Shown here in pieces: positions 62,968 to 64,000 of a stretch of 64,000 nucleotides of DNA; positions within the stretch are counted from its first letter, which is position 1; the number at the start of each line of letters is the position of its first letter. The notes under the pieces were generated by a model. It was not told the DNA's origin. It was given only the letters and a program-made list of their open reading frames with translations, and searched no databases. The stretch comes from Camelus ferus (taxonomy: Eukaryota). The position numbers were made by a program, and so were the translations under genes. The stretch spans positions 31,684,001-31,748,000 of the forward strand of contig NC_045697.1 of NCBI RefSeq assembly GCF_009834535.1, read 5' to 3'.

Positions 62968-63506
62968 TGTGGGACTGTCAAAACTCACACCGCCCACCAA
63001 CACTTATGAGAGCTGGTGGGAGAGAAAGTCCATCTATGGCTGAGGACAGAAGCCTACAAGTTCAGCAGCTCGTTTTGCCTTTTTGCACACTGGGCCATGG
63101 AAAAGTGACCTAGGCCAGGCTAGTCTCTTAGGGCCCCTAGGACTCTGAATTTGCATCTAATGATGCCAAGAAACAAGAAGAGAGACTTCACTGTGGCTGT
63201 TGCGGAGGTGTGTACAGTGTCCAGGAAGCAGGCTCAGTGGCGTTGCGCAGGGTTCAGAGCAGCTGCAGAGGGATAGCTCTCCAGGCTGGTGCCCAGTGGC
63301 TGTGGCAGGGCTGGGGCCTGATTTGGAGTCTCTTTGACTGACTAGACTGCCACTCACTTTCTATCCATTTTCTGAACTTCATCCCGAAGCCTTTGCAAGG
63401 ATTCTGTTAGTGTTCCATATCCTGAATAAATCGCTGCTATTTTAAAAAATCAAAAAGCAGCGATTTTGCATGTTTTTCCTTTCAACTAAGAATCCCGACT
63501 AGTACA
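62968..63506 (+). mobile_element. ERVL solo LTR (LTR33-like)
   Basis: TG start, AATAAA at 63425, end caactaagaatcccgactagtaca. Confidence 0.75.
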
Positions 63507-63568
63507 GAAATAGATAAAGTCAGTGTAGTGCACATAACTCTGGCAAATAGAGAAGCGTAATTTGTGAT

Positions 63569-64000
63569 TGTGTTGGATTCCGAGGGCTGCTCTAACAAAT
63601 TACCACAGACCTGGTGGCTTAAAACAACACAACTTTATTCTGTCACAGTTCTAGAGACCAGAAGGCTGAAATCAAGGCGTTGTCAGAGTCACACTCTCTC
63701 CTTAGGCTCTCGGGGAGAATCTTTCCTTGCTTCTCCCAGTTTCTGCTGACTCCTGTATTTCTTGGTTTGTGGCAACATTACTCCAACCCCTGTCTCTATT
63801 ACTACATGGTGTCTGTGTCTCTGTGCGTCCTTCTCTATCTTTTATAAGGATGCTCTCATTAGATCTCAAGTTCACTCTAATTTAGTATGATCCATCTCTA
63901 TCATTACCTAATTACATCTGCAAATGCCCTATTTGCAAATAAGGCCACATTCTGAGGTGCCAAGTGGATGTGAAATTCTGGGGGATATTGTTCAACCAAC
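63569..64000 (-). mobile_element. MaLR LTR (MLT1C-like), runs to the window end
   Basis: gggctgctctaacaaattaccacagacctggtggcttaaaacaacac...ggctctcggggagaatc...taattacatctgcaaatgccctatt...aaataaggccacattctgagg. Confidence 0.92.

Overview
This is AT-rich mammalian non-coding DNA (intronic or intergenic). It is most likely camelid (Camelus/Vicugna), judged from three tRNA-Ala-derived SINEs of the camelid vic-1 type and artiodactyl-type young L1 3' ends. I could not identify any intact protein-coding gene. The supplied ORFs are either decayed L1 ORF2 fragments or chance ORFs. A large part of the window is transposon-derived: young and old L1 pieces (including a ~4.1 kb 5'-truncated L1 at 53.5-57.6 kb), L2, MIR, a two-LTR MaLR (MLT1A-type) element, several solo LTRs, and Tigger/hAT DNA transposons. 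The most notable structures are: (1) a solo ERV1-type LTR with a 23-24 bp tandem array of inverted CCAAT boxes, two octamers and a TATA box, resembling LTR12; (2) a 35-bp-arm hairpin inside an old L2; (3) a 59-bp copy of the flank/LTR junction sitting inside the MaLR internal region; (4) an L1 that jumps from the ORF2 start to the 3'UTR (HAL1-like); (5) a candidate recursive-splice (AG|GT) site; (6) a low-confidence chain of in-frame minus-strand micro-exons. Repeat family names come from recall of consensus sequences by eye and need RepeatMasker/Dfam confirmation. The sequence alone does not support a claim of a new biological system.
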